From positions 4,736,001 to 4,800,000 of the forward strand of contig OY730476.1 in NCBI GenBank assembly GCA_963422735.1: a stretch of DNA of 64,000 nt. The letters are read 5' to 3'. Source of the DNA: Candidatus Latescibacterota bacterium (GTDB taxonomy: Bacteria > Latescibacterota > UBA2968 > UBA8231). Under the pieces are notes generated by a model, which worked only from the letters and a program-made list of their open reading frames with translations, was not told the DNA's origin and made no database searches. Below are positions 55,629 through 64,000 of the stretch, one piece after another (the first letter of the stretch is position 1; every line of letters starts with the position of its first letter). The position numbers and the translations under genes are program-made.

Positions 55629-58586
55629 TCACTTCGGCATGACCAGCAGCATGGCGTCGAGTAGGCGTTTTTCGTTGCAGCCTTGAGGATAGAGAGCCGA
55701 CAGCGCGTTGGCAAGGCGGAGAAAGTCCGGGCCGCGGTCCTGCTCGGCGTCGATCAGGGTGCGCAGCGCGCCAGAGTGGCCATTGGCTTGCAGCAGCATG
55801 GCGGCGTGTACACGATCCAGAGTCGTGGCCTTGATTGCTTGCAGCTCTACCTCCCCGTCGGGAACGAGCCTTCTGACTCTGCGCGGATTCCCGACCTTTG
55901 GCGCGGTTTCCAATTCCGGGAAGAGGGTTGTTTGTATGTTGGCACCGCTCTCGACCCAGTCAGCGGCGGCGCTGACGCCGTCTTCGCCGAAGAGTTCCTT
56001 GGCGCGTTCGGACACTGGTAGGAGGCGTACGACGCCTTTTGCTTGGCCGATGACGCGGCCGGTCCAGGTGCTGAGGTCGATGCCCATGGGCTGGGCGAAA
56101 CGGCGCACCACATCGAAAGGCAGGCTGAATCCCTTGGCCGCGGCCTTGGCGGATCCCTCTTCGCCTTCATCGTCTTGGTCGTCGTTGTCGGCGGGTGCTT
56201 CCGTGCTTTGCAGCGTCCAGAGGAACAGCGCGGTCAAGCGGGCGTCTTCTTCGAGTGCGCCGGCCAAACCGTTGCGCGCCGTTGCTTCGGCGCTGCCGAG
56301 CACCTGTTCGAGGGCCGCACGGCCCACCACTTCCCACACCCTCTCCAGATATTCGGGCAGCCTGACCTCGCGGCCATCGACCGTTTCGACGGCGCGATAG
56401 CGGCTGTAGATTTCCAGGGCCGGGCCGATGCAGGCGAATACCAGATCGGCGCCGCGGATGCCTTCGCCTTGCAGGCGCTCCATCCAGTCGCCGACACGAT
56501 TAGGAAGTTCGCGCAGGACATCTGCCCAGTCGCCAACCGGAGCATCTTCGGGGCGAGGGCGGCAGATAAGGTGGACGCTGGTGGCAAGGGCGGCGGAATC
56601 GCGGGCGCGGAGGCGGGTCTCGCTCTCGGTCGCAATCGGCCAGGAGCCGGTGATGGTCCAGCCGCCGCGGATCAGGCCGGAAAGCAGCGCTTCCCAACCC
56701 TCGGTGGTCTTGTGGGCGAAGACGACGGAGCCGACTCCGTCTTCGGCCAGGATGCGGCGGCCCTCGGCAAAGGCTTTCGCCATCGTCTCTTCGAACCATG
56801 CGTCGTCCTTGGGACAGCCATCGCATTGTTTGGTTTCGTCTTGCACCGCTTCGCGAATCTTGGGAGAGAGCGGGTTGGCTGTGTCGAACGGGTCGCGCAG
56901 TAGGGGATGGCCGGGCAGCGTGCGCTTGAGCCAGACGAGAAAGAAGTCGGAGAGGTCCGCGTAGGGAATCGCGTCGTAGTAAGGAGGGTCGGTGAACCAG
57001 ACGCCGGCGGATTGGTCGGGAAGGGGGTGGTTCGTGGCGTCGGCGGGTTGGATCTGGCCTGTCGAAAGTAATGGGAACCCCTCTACGACTTGTTCCACAT
57101 TCGCCAATGCACCGTCGAAATGTTCCGACCTGCCGCCGGAAATTATGGTTTCTGGAAAAGTCCATGTAATTGGTAAGGCATGCATCCCAAAGGCCGGTGC
57201 AACTGATGAGTCTGGCCTTAGCCGTGCGTTGCCGTTACAAGCCCTAGCAAAGCGGTCTAATGCACATGCCAACAGCGCACGTACTGCATCTGAACTGCAC
57301 ACGTTCCCTATTATGTTAGCTATAGCCACCAGCGCCGCCTTCTGCCGCGCGGTGAACAGGTCGCCCCACTGGAGCATGCCGTAGCGTTGCACGCTGAACG
57401 CCCTGCCGGCACCCGAACCGCCGCCGGCAGGCGTCGGCTCATCCGGTATCGGACACATGCCTTGCTTCCCGTCGCGCTCCCATTCCTCCAGGATATGCGC
57501 CACCCGCTCCTGTGCCTTCCGCACCGCTGTATAGTCCGCATCCGTCGGCAGCCGATAGTGCCGCCCTTTCTGCCCCGGCTTGAGCGTCACCACCGCGGCC
57601 ATCCGCGCCCCGCCCGTTCGCCGTCCCTCCGCGTCGAACACCACATCCGCGCCACCTCGCTCCGCCGCAAGCTGCGCCCGCACCCGCTCCGGCGGCAACA
57701 CCGTCTCGCAACAAAGGCAGGTCGCCTTCGCCCGCGTCACGGTGCCGGTGCGCACTTCGCGGTCCGTTTTCGGCTCGAAAACCTCGAACTCCACACGCGG
57801 GGCCGCGCCTTCGGGCCGCTCGACCCGGTGCCGCAGCGCCCGCTTGCGCTTGGGCTTTTTGCACAGCCAGAACGAACGCATAAGCGGGATTTCCGCGCCG
57901 CAGTTCGGCGCTTCGCAGCGCACAGAGCGCGCCCACAAATAGGCAATCGGGGTCGCGCCGTCCGGGTCCTTCGGATAGAGGTCGGCCAACTCCCGCTCGG
58001 CTTTCCGCTTGATCTCGGCCCCGGCCTTGCGCAGTTCATCCGCCAGCTTCGGCCCGTGCCGCGGAATGTCCTCCAGCATCACCTTGAGGATCAGGCAGGC
58101 CACCGGGTTCAGATCGCTGGCGAACGCCTCGCAGCCCAGCCGCAACGCCTCCAGCGGGATGGATCCGCCGCCGGCGAACGGGTCCACGACCACTGGGGTT
58201 TCCTCGCCGTGCGCGGCCTTCACTAATGCATGGCTTACATTGAGATAAGTACGGTTCGCGGCAAGGTCCCAGTTGGCGAAGTCGGCGATGAACTTGAGCA
58301 GGCCACGACGCATTTCCTGATCCGTTTCGCTTGGCCCGCAGCCAACTTGCGGAAGCAGATCACGCGCCCGCCGCTTGAACGCATCGGGGCAGTGCGGGTC
58401 GCACGGGTCCGGCAACAGCAACGCCAGCAGTACCGCCCGCGACGACGCCAAGGGCCGCCGCGCCCACCACAGATGTAGCGTCGAGGGATGGCCGTGGCGA
58501 ATGGACTTCTCGCGCACCGCATGTTTGGAGACCGCGGCGATGGGGAAATCCACTTCGGCGAGGCGTTTGCATTCTTTGGGGATCAT
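55629..58586 (-). CDS. DUF1156 adenine DNA methyltransferase
   Basis: LHLWWARRPL; DPFAGGGSIP (motif I); TDPPYY (motif IV); Cys-rich Zn insert; FAHKT..GW. Confidence 0.92.
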   Translation of the reverse strand: MIPKECKRLAEVDFPIAAVSKHAVREKSIRHGHPSTLHLWWARRPLASSRAVLLALLLPDPCDPHCPDAFKRRARDLLPQVGCGPSETDQEMRRGLLKFIADFANWDLAANRTYLNVSHALVKAAHGEETPVVVDPFAGGGSIPLEALRLGCEAFASDLNPVACLILKVMLEDIPRHGPKLADELRKAGAEIKRKAERELADLYPKDPDGATPIAYLWARSVRCEAPNCGAEIPLMRSFWLCKKPKRKRALRHRVERPEGAAPRVEFEVFEPKTDREVRTGTVTRAKATCLCCETVLPPERVRAQLAAERGGADVVFDAEGRRTGGARMAAVVTLKPGQKGRHYRLPTDADYTAVRKAQERVAHILEEWERDGKQGMCPIPDEPTPAGGGSGAGRAFSVQRYGMLQWGDLFTARQKAALVAIANIIGNVCSSDAVRALLACALDRFARACNGNARLRPDSSVAPAFGMHALPITWTFPETIISGGRSEHFDGALANVEQVVEGFPLLSTGQIQPADATNHPLPDQSAGVWFTDPPYYDAIPYADLSDFFLVWLKRTLPGHPLLRDPFDTANPLSPKIREAVQDETKQCDGCPKDDAWFEETMAKAFAEGRRILAEDGVGSVVFAHKTTEGWEALLSGLIRGGWTITGSWPIATESETRLRARDSAALATSVHLICRPRPEDAPVGDWADVLRELPNRVGDWMERLQGEGIRGADLVFACIGPALEIYSRYRAVETVDGREVRLPEYLERVWEVVGRAALEQVLGSAEATARNGLAGALEEDARLTALFLWTLQSTEAPADNDDQDDEGEEGSAKAAAKGFSLPFDVVRRFAQPMGIDLSTWTGRVIGQAKGVVRLLPVSERAKELFGEDGVSAAADWVESGANIQTTLFPELETAPKVGNPRRVRRLVPDGEVELQAIKATTLDRVHAAMLLQANGHSGALRTLIDAEQDRGPDFLRLANALSALYPQGCNEKRLLDAMLLVMPK

Positions 58587-58864
58587 CGAATCTGCTCCTC
58601 GGCCCAGCGGATGGTTTCCGGGATCGTATCCCCGGCCTCCTCCAGCAGAGCCAGCGGGTGGCCCAGGTTATGCACATACGGAAAGTCGATGTCGCGCGCA
58701 ATCATCACGGCCTTGATAGCCTTCTCGGCTGCCTTCTGTGCATGGAAACACAGGTCTTCCAGATAAACATCAGAGCGTCGATGCGACGCCAGGGCCAGAT
58801 TGCTTCTGGCGCGGTTCAGCCACTCCCGTGGGTCGTCGGGCGGATACCGCTCAAGCCGCTTCAT
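58583..58864 (-). pseudogene. HEPN-domain protein with an apparent in-frame internal deletion
   Basis: WL..A.S.L, CFHAQ.AAEKAIKA and HNL present; only 93 aa; jumps from ETIR to WAEEQIR with no RYP segment. Confidence 0.7.
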
Positions 58865-59177
58865 ACACGACCCTGCCTTCTTGCAGGGCGGGCCTGATGA
58901 CCAGCGCATGGCTATCCTTGTACCGCTCCACATCCCGCGGAGTTGCCATGACGATATCTACCGCAGTGCCGACGCCGTACAGCCTGCGATAAATCCTGGC
59001 CGTGAGTTTGCGTAAATTCGGTGCATCCTTGACGATGAGCAGGTCCACGTCACTGTGCGGCCCCACTTCCCCCCGGGCAGCAGACCCGAAGAGGATAATC
59101 CGCTCCGGCTGTGCCGCCTCCACGATGCGCCGAATGATCTCGTTCAGCGTGTCTGGATCAAACCCCTGTTGCTTCAT
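58851..59177 (-). CDS. Minimal nucleotidyltransferase (MNT)
   Basis: ILFGSAARG...SDVDLL...VDIV. Confidence 0.92.
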   Translation of the reverse strand: MKQQGFDPDTLNEIIRRIVEAAQPERIILFGSAARGEVGPHSDVDLLIVKDAPNLRKLTARIYRRLYGVGTAVDIVMATPRDVERYKDSHALVIRPALQEGRVVYEAA

Positions 59178-59277
59178 GATATGCCATGTCTTTGTAAACC
59201 AAAGCCCACCCGGTACCGTTTGTCTTGAGTCGTATCAGTATCTTGAATCACTTGGTCACGACTAACTTGACAGATCT

Positions 59278-59805
59278 TCAGATATTGCTCCGAATATGTA
59301 TGGCTTCTTCGACCGCGTTCGCAAGGTGTTCAGAAATCCAAGCATATCGTTCCTGGCTGTTTTTTCCTGCCGGAATATAGCACTTGACGATTGATGACAG
59401 TCGCCTACCATCGTTCCCGTAAGAAATGGAATCAAAAGGATTCGCGCCCTGTGACGATATATAGCCGTCTGCATCCTTCAGTCCGTGTATATGTATACCA
59501 ACCACACCCATTTCGTCGTTCCATGACTTGATGATCTCGTGATTGATCCACTTGCGATTTGCCGTTTTTTCTCCAACTAAGACAACAGTGAAGGACCGAC
59601 CGGACATCTGATTTGCGATCCACTTCTTGATTGCCGTGTCTCCACCATTTTTCATCGTCTCCCAATCGTTATCGGTCGCAGGTCTGTTTCCTTCAATGAC
59701 GCCCATATTGCGCACTTGGGCGGCCCGCCAGTTGTCTGGTCCGTAGTGGAAGCTGTAGAAACTCTTCTTTTTTTCATGGTTATAGCATCCTTCACATTTA
59801 GCCAA
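59278..59805 (-). CDS. ThsB-like TIR domain protein (DUF1863/MTH538); start problematic
   Basis: FYSFHY..D.WR..QVRN; IKKWI..Q; VVLVG..T..RKWI..EI (catalytic Glu); G.NPF. Confidence 0.85.
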   Translation of the reverse strand: MAKCEGCYNHEKKKSFYSFHYGPDNWRAAQVRNMGVIEGNRPATDNDWETMKNGGDTAIKKWIANQMSGRSFTVVLVGEKTANRKWINHEIIKSWNDEMGVVGIHIHGLKDADGYISSQGANPFDSISYGNDGRRLSSIVKCYIPAGKNSQERYAWISEHLANAVEEAIHIRSNI

Positions 59806-60184
59806 TGATCAGCGCCGCACCGACCGCCAAGCCCAAAGCAACGTAGAATGGCACCAAAGTGATGGAAAAGGTCGCTTTGAGCCACGTTCGTTTGAAAGCA
59901 CAGACATCCATCGAAAAATCGACAGCCGTCTCGTCTAAAGTTCGCACATGGTCGTACAGGTCGCGAAACAACCGCTCCTGCCGAAGGAAGTAGCCGTCCA
60001 GTCCCCAGAAGACCAGCACCGGCACAAAGCCGACCCATGCGAATTCAACGCGCCCTTCCCTGACCAGCAATACGAGCAGTGCCGACACCAGGACCACGGC
60101 CCACCCCTTCATGCGGAACGAAGCTCCGGCGAGACGGTTGATCACGCCTTGGATGAATTCGAGATGCTTGAGTTTTGCTTCCAT
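59798..60184 (-). CDS. 128-aa membrane protein (about 3 TM) adjacent to TIR
   Basis: RBS AAGGAG; KHLEFIQGVINRLA..SF.MKGW; FWGLDGYFLRQERLFR.LY. Confidence 0.85.
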   Translation of the reverse strand: MEAKLKHLEFIQGVINRLAGASFRMKGWAVVLVSALLVLLVREGRVEFAWVGFVPVLVFWGLDGYFLRQERLFRDLYDHVRTLDETAVDFSMDVCAFKRTWLKATFSITLVPFYVALGLAVGAALIIG

Positions 60185-60271
60185 GGATCTCTCCTTGGAT
60201 GTTCCGGTCAACTGCGAGTCTTTCCGAAAATTGGACGGCGAAACGACGCCCCTCCAAGCGGTCGGCCGCGC

Positions 60272-63200
60272 TCAAGGGTCTTTTTCGCCATACGGCGCTA
60301 CTCTTCCCTCCCGAACTTCCATCGGCTGCTTCAGGGCATCGACGCTCAGCAAGTAGTGCTGGACCTTACTGACCTCCCGCCATGGGCGACGGGCTGGGTC
60401 TCGAACCGGTTCCTGGAGCACAGGCTCCGTCGCGCAGTTTGTCACCACGTAAAGCCAGAAACAGTCCCGACGGTCCTCGGCGACTCGGCGCTCGTTCGGC
60501 GTGAGGAGGATGCTGCCGGTCTCTGCGGCCAACCCCTTCACCTCGATCAGGCGCAGTTCCCCGGAGTTCGGGTCAAGACTGGTCACGTCGTAGCCGAGGT
60601 TTTTCTCGTGCACATCCTCAACCTGCCGTCCCCGGGATCTTTCATGGTCCATGACGACCTGCATCGCCGTCATCTCGGTATCGGGGTGCGGCCGCAGGCG
60701 CCGGACATCCAGGGTTCCCCTTTCGGGATGGGGAAGGACCAGCGCGCTCGCCAACCGCTCGACGCCCTGCAGAGTCACCGCCTGCTGGCGTTTGAATTGG
60801 TCGCGCCGGCGTTCGCGCCGAGCCAGCAACTCCCCGTGGCGGGCTTCCGCTTGGGCTAGCCGCCCCTGTGCGCCAACAACCTGATTGGCCAGTTCGTCGG
60901 CGGCGCGACCGAGTTCCTCGTCGACTCGCCCCAGCACCTCGGTCAGGGAAAGCTCGACATGCTCGCCAATGCGCTTGATCTCAGCCAGACGCTCCGTGCG
61001 CACCTCGTCGATAAAGGGCATCAGCGCATTCTCATTGAGCCAAGCGGTCGCCTCCGGGATGGCGGCTACGGGCGGCAGATCATCGGTTGCAACCGCTGGA
61101 ATCATGTTGCCGAGTATATCCGGCTCGCAAAGGCGTGGTAACCCGTTGCTCGGCAGTTCCACAGTAAACAGACGTTCGTGGATGACTTGGCCGAGACCAT
61201 CCACCACCCGCGCCCGATAGAAGTCCAGCCGCGCCGGCTTCTCGTGCGCAAGTGAATGGAAGCAGGCGCCCTTGGCGAAGGCGTCCTGCCCGGCGTCGAG
61301 ACCGTGCCGCCGCAGCGCTTCGAACAGTGGATGCCCGGGTGTCACCCATTCGAGGTTGTGCTTCTCGGCGATGTCGCGATCGGTTGACAAGCGCGGATAG
61401 CGCGGCGTCAACTCCGGGAGCTTCCAGTCGGGATCGTGATCGCATGCCTTCAACTTGGACGGCGTGCGGCCCGGATCGAAGGTGTGGGCGAGCCCGCGGA
61501 CCGGCTTCAGCGCCAACGCGGCGTTTTCGGCGGATTCTCTGACGAACCGAGCGATGGTCTCGGGGACAACCCGTCGCTCCTGGGCGCGGGCCCGACGCTC
61601 AATGAGCATATCGAGGTTGAGCTTCTTGGCGGCCAAACCTTCCAGCGCAGTCTGACAAATCGCCCGGAAGTGCCCTTCATCCACGTCCTTCAGCAGCCGG
61701 TCCTCAAGATCAACGTCACCCAACTTGCCGGCGTAATAGTCCCGCAGCACCCGCTCCACATGAGCTGAAGGCAGGACTTCGCCAATGACGTTGAACACCG
61801 CATCGTCATCAAGGGCATCGCGGATTTCCTGAAGCTTGTCCAGAAGCCGCTGAAGCACCCGCCCTTCGATGGTGTTGGTGGCGACGAAATTGAAGATCAG
61901 GCAATCTTGCCGCTGCCCATAGCGGTGAATGCGGCCCATCCGTTGTTCGAGCCGGTTCGGATTCCACGGAATATCGTAGTTGAAAAGAATGTGGCAGCAC
62001 TGAAGGTTGATGCCTTCACCGGCGGCCTCGGTGGCCACGAGAACTTGAAAGGCGCCTTCACGGAACTGTTGTTCGGTGTGGAGCCGACTGCCTGGTTCGT
62101 CGCGGGAGCCAGGCTTCATGCCGCCATAAATGCAGCCCACGTTGAAACCCCAGGCTTTCAACTGTTCCATGAGGTAGTCGAGGGTGTCCTTGAATTCGGT
62201 AAAAAGTAGAAGGCGCTGGTCGGGGCGGTCGAAGAATCCCGTTTCCTGCATGATCTTCCGAAGATGTCCGAGTTTCGCTTCGCCGCCCGAGCCCTCGACG
62301 GCATTGGCCTCCTCGGCAAGCTCCCGAAGCTCCGCGGTCTCTTCGTGTACCTGTTCTGCGTTGCCGGCCAGCGTGACCGCCTCAAGCACTTTCTCCAAGC
62401 GTTCGCGCTCGGAATCCTCGAACTCTTCAAGCTCTTCCCAGTCGGGCAGGTCCGGCGGTGCCGCCTTTGCCAACTCTTGCGCATTCTTAAGTCCTTCATC
62501 CAGTCGCCTTGCTCGATTCTCAAGAGACCGCCGCATGGCATAGGTGCTCGAAGCGAGACGCCTCTGGTACAGCGACATCAGGAAACCGACCGCCCGAGCC
62601 CGAGGGTTGGCACCCTCGGCCGCGGCGCGGGCGCTCTGCCGTTTCACGAACCGCGTGACCCTTTGGTAAAGCTCGTATTCGGAACCGTCAATGGCAAAAC
62701 CGGCGGTATGCGGTATGCGCTTGGTGAAGACCGGCTTCGCGGTCCAGGCACCATCCGAATTACGCTCCGGGAAGTAGACCATTGCCTCCTTGGTGCGACG
62801 CAGGTAAAACGGGGCTCGCCTCCGGCCCATGGCTTGGTGAATCGATTTCACGTCGGCGTAGGCGTCCCGGTCGAGCAGTTGCAGGAACAGGGTGAAATTC
62901 TGAGGGTCGCCCTTGTGCGGCGTAGCGGTCAGTAGCAACAGGTGATCGGTGCTGTCGCGCAACAGTTCCCCGAGTTTGTAACGCTGGCTCTTGTGGGTTT
63001 CATCCCGTGCCGACATCCGGTGCGCCTCGTCCACAACGACCAGGTCCCAGTGCACCTGACGTAGTCCGGGCAAGATCTCCGTACGCTTGGCCAGATCGAG
63101 CGAGGTGATGATTTGTTTCTGCTCTATCCATTGATTGACGCCGAATTGATCGCGAATGTCGCTGCCCTTGAACACTAGAAACTTTTCATCGAACTTCTCC

Positions 63201-63712
63201 TTCAGTTCCCGCTGCCATTGAAACGCCAGATTCGCGGGGCAGACGACGAGAACCCGTTCGATGAGGCCCCGCAGCTTCAGTTCGCGGATCAAGAGGCCAG
63301 CCATGATGGTCTTTCCCGCTCCCGCATCGTCGGCCAGAAGAAAGCGCACTGTAGGGAGTTTCAGAAGGTGCTCGTAAATCGCCTCTAGCTGGTGTGGCAG
63401 CGGGTCCACGCGCGAGATGGAAAGCCCGAAGTAGGGATCGAATTCGTAGGCAATGCCGAGGGAATAGGCCTGCAGAGCGATTCGCAGAAGCCGCCCATCG
63501 CCATCATAGGAAAGTGCGGAGTCGGCAACGGTCAGGTCCGAAATGTCATCCGCGGTGAGCGTGACCCGGCGGAAATGCTCGGACCGCTGGCCAACGAGGC
63601 CGGCAACCCAGACGCCGGGACCGTTTGAGCGAACAGTCTCTATCCGCATGGGCTCGCTGAACAGCGGACCGGACAGGATCTGTCCTTCGCGGATGGGTGT
63701 TTCAGCTACCAT
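60272..63712 (-). CDS. SNF2-family helicase with C-terminal DUF3883 (PD-(D/E)XK-like) nuclease domain
   Basis: PLPHQ, LADDAGAGKT, DEAH, TATPH, EGINLQ, EQRMGRIHR; GYDV..IEVKG...LTPNE. Start 63712 or 63730. Confidence 0.92.
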   Translation of the reverse strand: MVAETPIREGQILSGPLFSEPMRIETVRSNGPGVWVAGLVGQRSEHFRRVTLTADDISDLTVADSALSYDGDGRLLRIALQAYSLGIAYEFDPYFGLSISRVDPLPHQLEAIYEHLLKLPTVRFLLADDAGAGKTIMAGLLIRELKLRGLIERVLVVCPANLAFQWQRELKEKFDEKFLVFKGSDIRDQFGVNQWIEQKQIITSLDLAKRTEILPGLRQVHWDLVVVDEAHRMSARDETHKSQRYKLGELLRDSTDHLLLLTATPHKGDPQNFTLFLQLLDRDAYADVKSIHQAMGRRRAPFYLRRTKEAMVYFPERNSDGAWTAKPVFTKRIPHTAGFAIDGSEYELYQRVTRFVKRQSARAAAEGANPRARAVGFLMSLYQRRLASSTYAMRRSLENRARRLDEGLKNAQELAKAAPPDLPDWEELEEFEDSERERLEKVLEAVTLAGNAEQVHEETAELRELAEEANAVEGSGGEAKLGHLRKIMQETGFFDRPDQRLLLFTEFKDTLDYLMEQLKAWGFNVGCIYGGMKPGSRDEPGSRLHTEQQFREGAFQVLVATEAAGEGINLQCCHILFNYDIPWNPNRLEQRMGRIHRYGQRQDCLIFNFVATNTIEGRVLQRLLDKLQEIRDALDDDAVFNVIGEVLPSAHVERVLRDYYAGKLGDVDLEDRLLKDVDEGHFRAICQTALEGLAAKKLNLDMLIERRARAQERRVVPETIARFVRESAENAALALKPVRGLAHTFDPGRTPSKLKACDHDPDWKLPELTPRYPRLSTDRDIAEKHNLEWVTPGHPLFEALRRHGLDAGQDAFAKGACFHSLAHEKPARLDFYRARVVDGLGQVIHERLFTVELPSNGLPRLCEPDILGNMIPAVATDDLPPVAAIPEATAWLNENALMPFIDEVRTERLAEIKRIGEHVELSLTEVLGRVDEELGRAADELANQVVGAQGRLAQAEARHGELLARRERRRDQFKRQQAVTLQGVERLASALVLPHPERGTLDVRRLRPHPDTEMTAMQVVMDHERSRGRQVEDVHEKNLGYDVTSLDPNSGELRLIEVKGLAAETGSILLTPNERRVAEDRRDCFWLYVVTNCATEPVLQEPVRDPARRPWREVSKVQHYLLSVDALKQPMEVREGRVAPYGEKDP

Positions 63713-63723
63713 ATTTACCACAT

Positions 63724-64000
63724 TTACCACGCAAAAAGCTCGCCTACTTCCATCGTCAGCTCTCGGCCCAGACCGCCATCCTCGCGCACTGCGAGCTGGC
63801 CTTCGGCGTATCCGACATCTGCGACGCCAGCGAAGTCGGTGGGAATCTCCATGAGAAAGTTGGCGTAGGTAAAAACTTGGGTCTCGTCGGCATCGATATA
63901 GTGAAACAGCGAGCGGCCGAAAATCCGCCCCTTTTCCAGCAATACCGGGCTAGGTTGGTGTAGGCCCGTGGTGCCAAACTCCAAGCCGCGGGCAAAGGGC
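63724..64000 (-). CDS. 3' end of a hypothetical protein entering from the window edge
   Basis: Open frame ...PFARGLEFGTTGLHQP...GELFAW* with host-like codon usage. Confidence 0.65.
   Translation of the reverse strand, partial: PFARGLEFGTTGLHQPSPVLLEKGRIFGRSLFHYIDADETQVFTYANFLMEIPTDFAGVADVGYAEGQLAVREDGGLGRELTMEVGELFAW

Noticed and set aside
52596-63730. Prophage or ICE
   Set aside because: No integrase, phage structural, relaxase or transposase genes and no flanking att repeats were seen.

Overview
GC-rich bacterial chromosomal window. Its gene content (PhyH, three CRTAC1/ASPIC-UnbV proteins, FlgD/CHU-type C-terminal domains, TPR and PPIase lipoproteins, DUF6785-like membrane proteins) suggests a Latescibacterota/FCB-PVC-type organism; this is inference only. 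All family assignments rest on motifs recognised by eye, not on database searches. Layout: (1) 1-5.8 kb: PhyH, CRTAC1, a hidden 59-aa membrane peptide, an SSS symporter, a CX4CH cytochrome lipoprotein and an Ldh_2 enzyme. (2) 5.8-29.7 kb: a long minus-strand envelope cluster with four paralogous secreted proteins with type-B-like CTDs, a WGxIK-tailed protein, a probable outer-membrane protein, lipoproteins, a 1531-aa nicalin/M28-like FtsX fusion and two multipass proteins. It is interrupted by a vapBC cassette bracketed by a perfect 41-bp duplication. (3) 29.8-49.8 kb: FGE-domain protein, di-heme peroxidase with CTD, CRTAC1/TPR/PPIase modules (one with an in-frame C14-containing insert), a spermidine-synthase-like protein and a candidate structured ncRNA. 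(4) 49.9-52.6 kb: eukaryote-like alkyl-DHAP synthase plus a DHRS7B-like SDR (candidate ether-lipid module). (5) 52.6-63.7 kb: a DUF499/DUF1156/SNF2-DUF3883 restriction-like defence locus carrying a ThsB-like TIR plus small TM protein pair, MNT-HEPN and a DUF433 remnant. Heptamer-built palindromic repeats occupy several intergenic spaces. No rRNA, tRNA, CRISPR array, integrase or transposase was seen.
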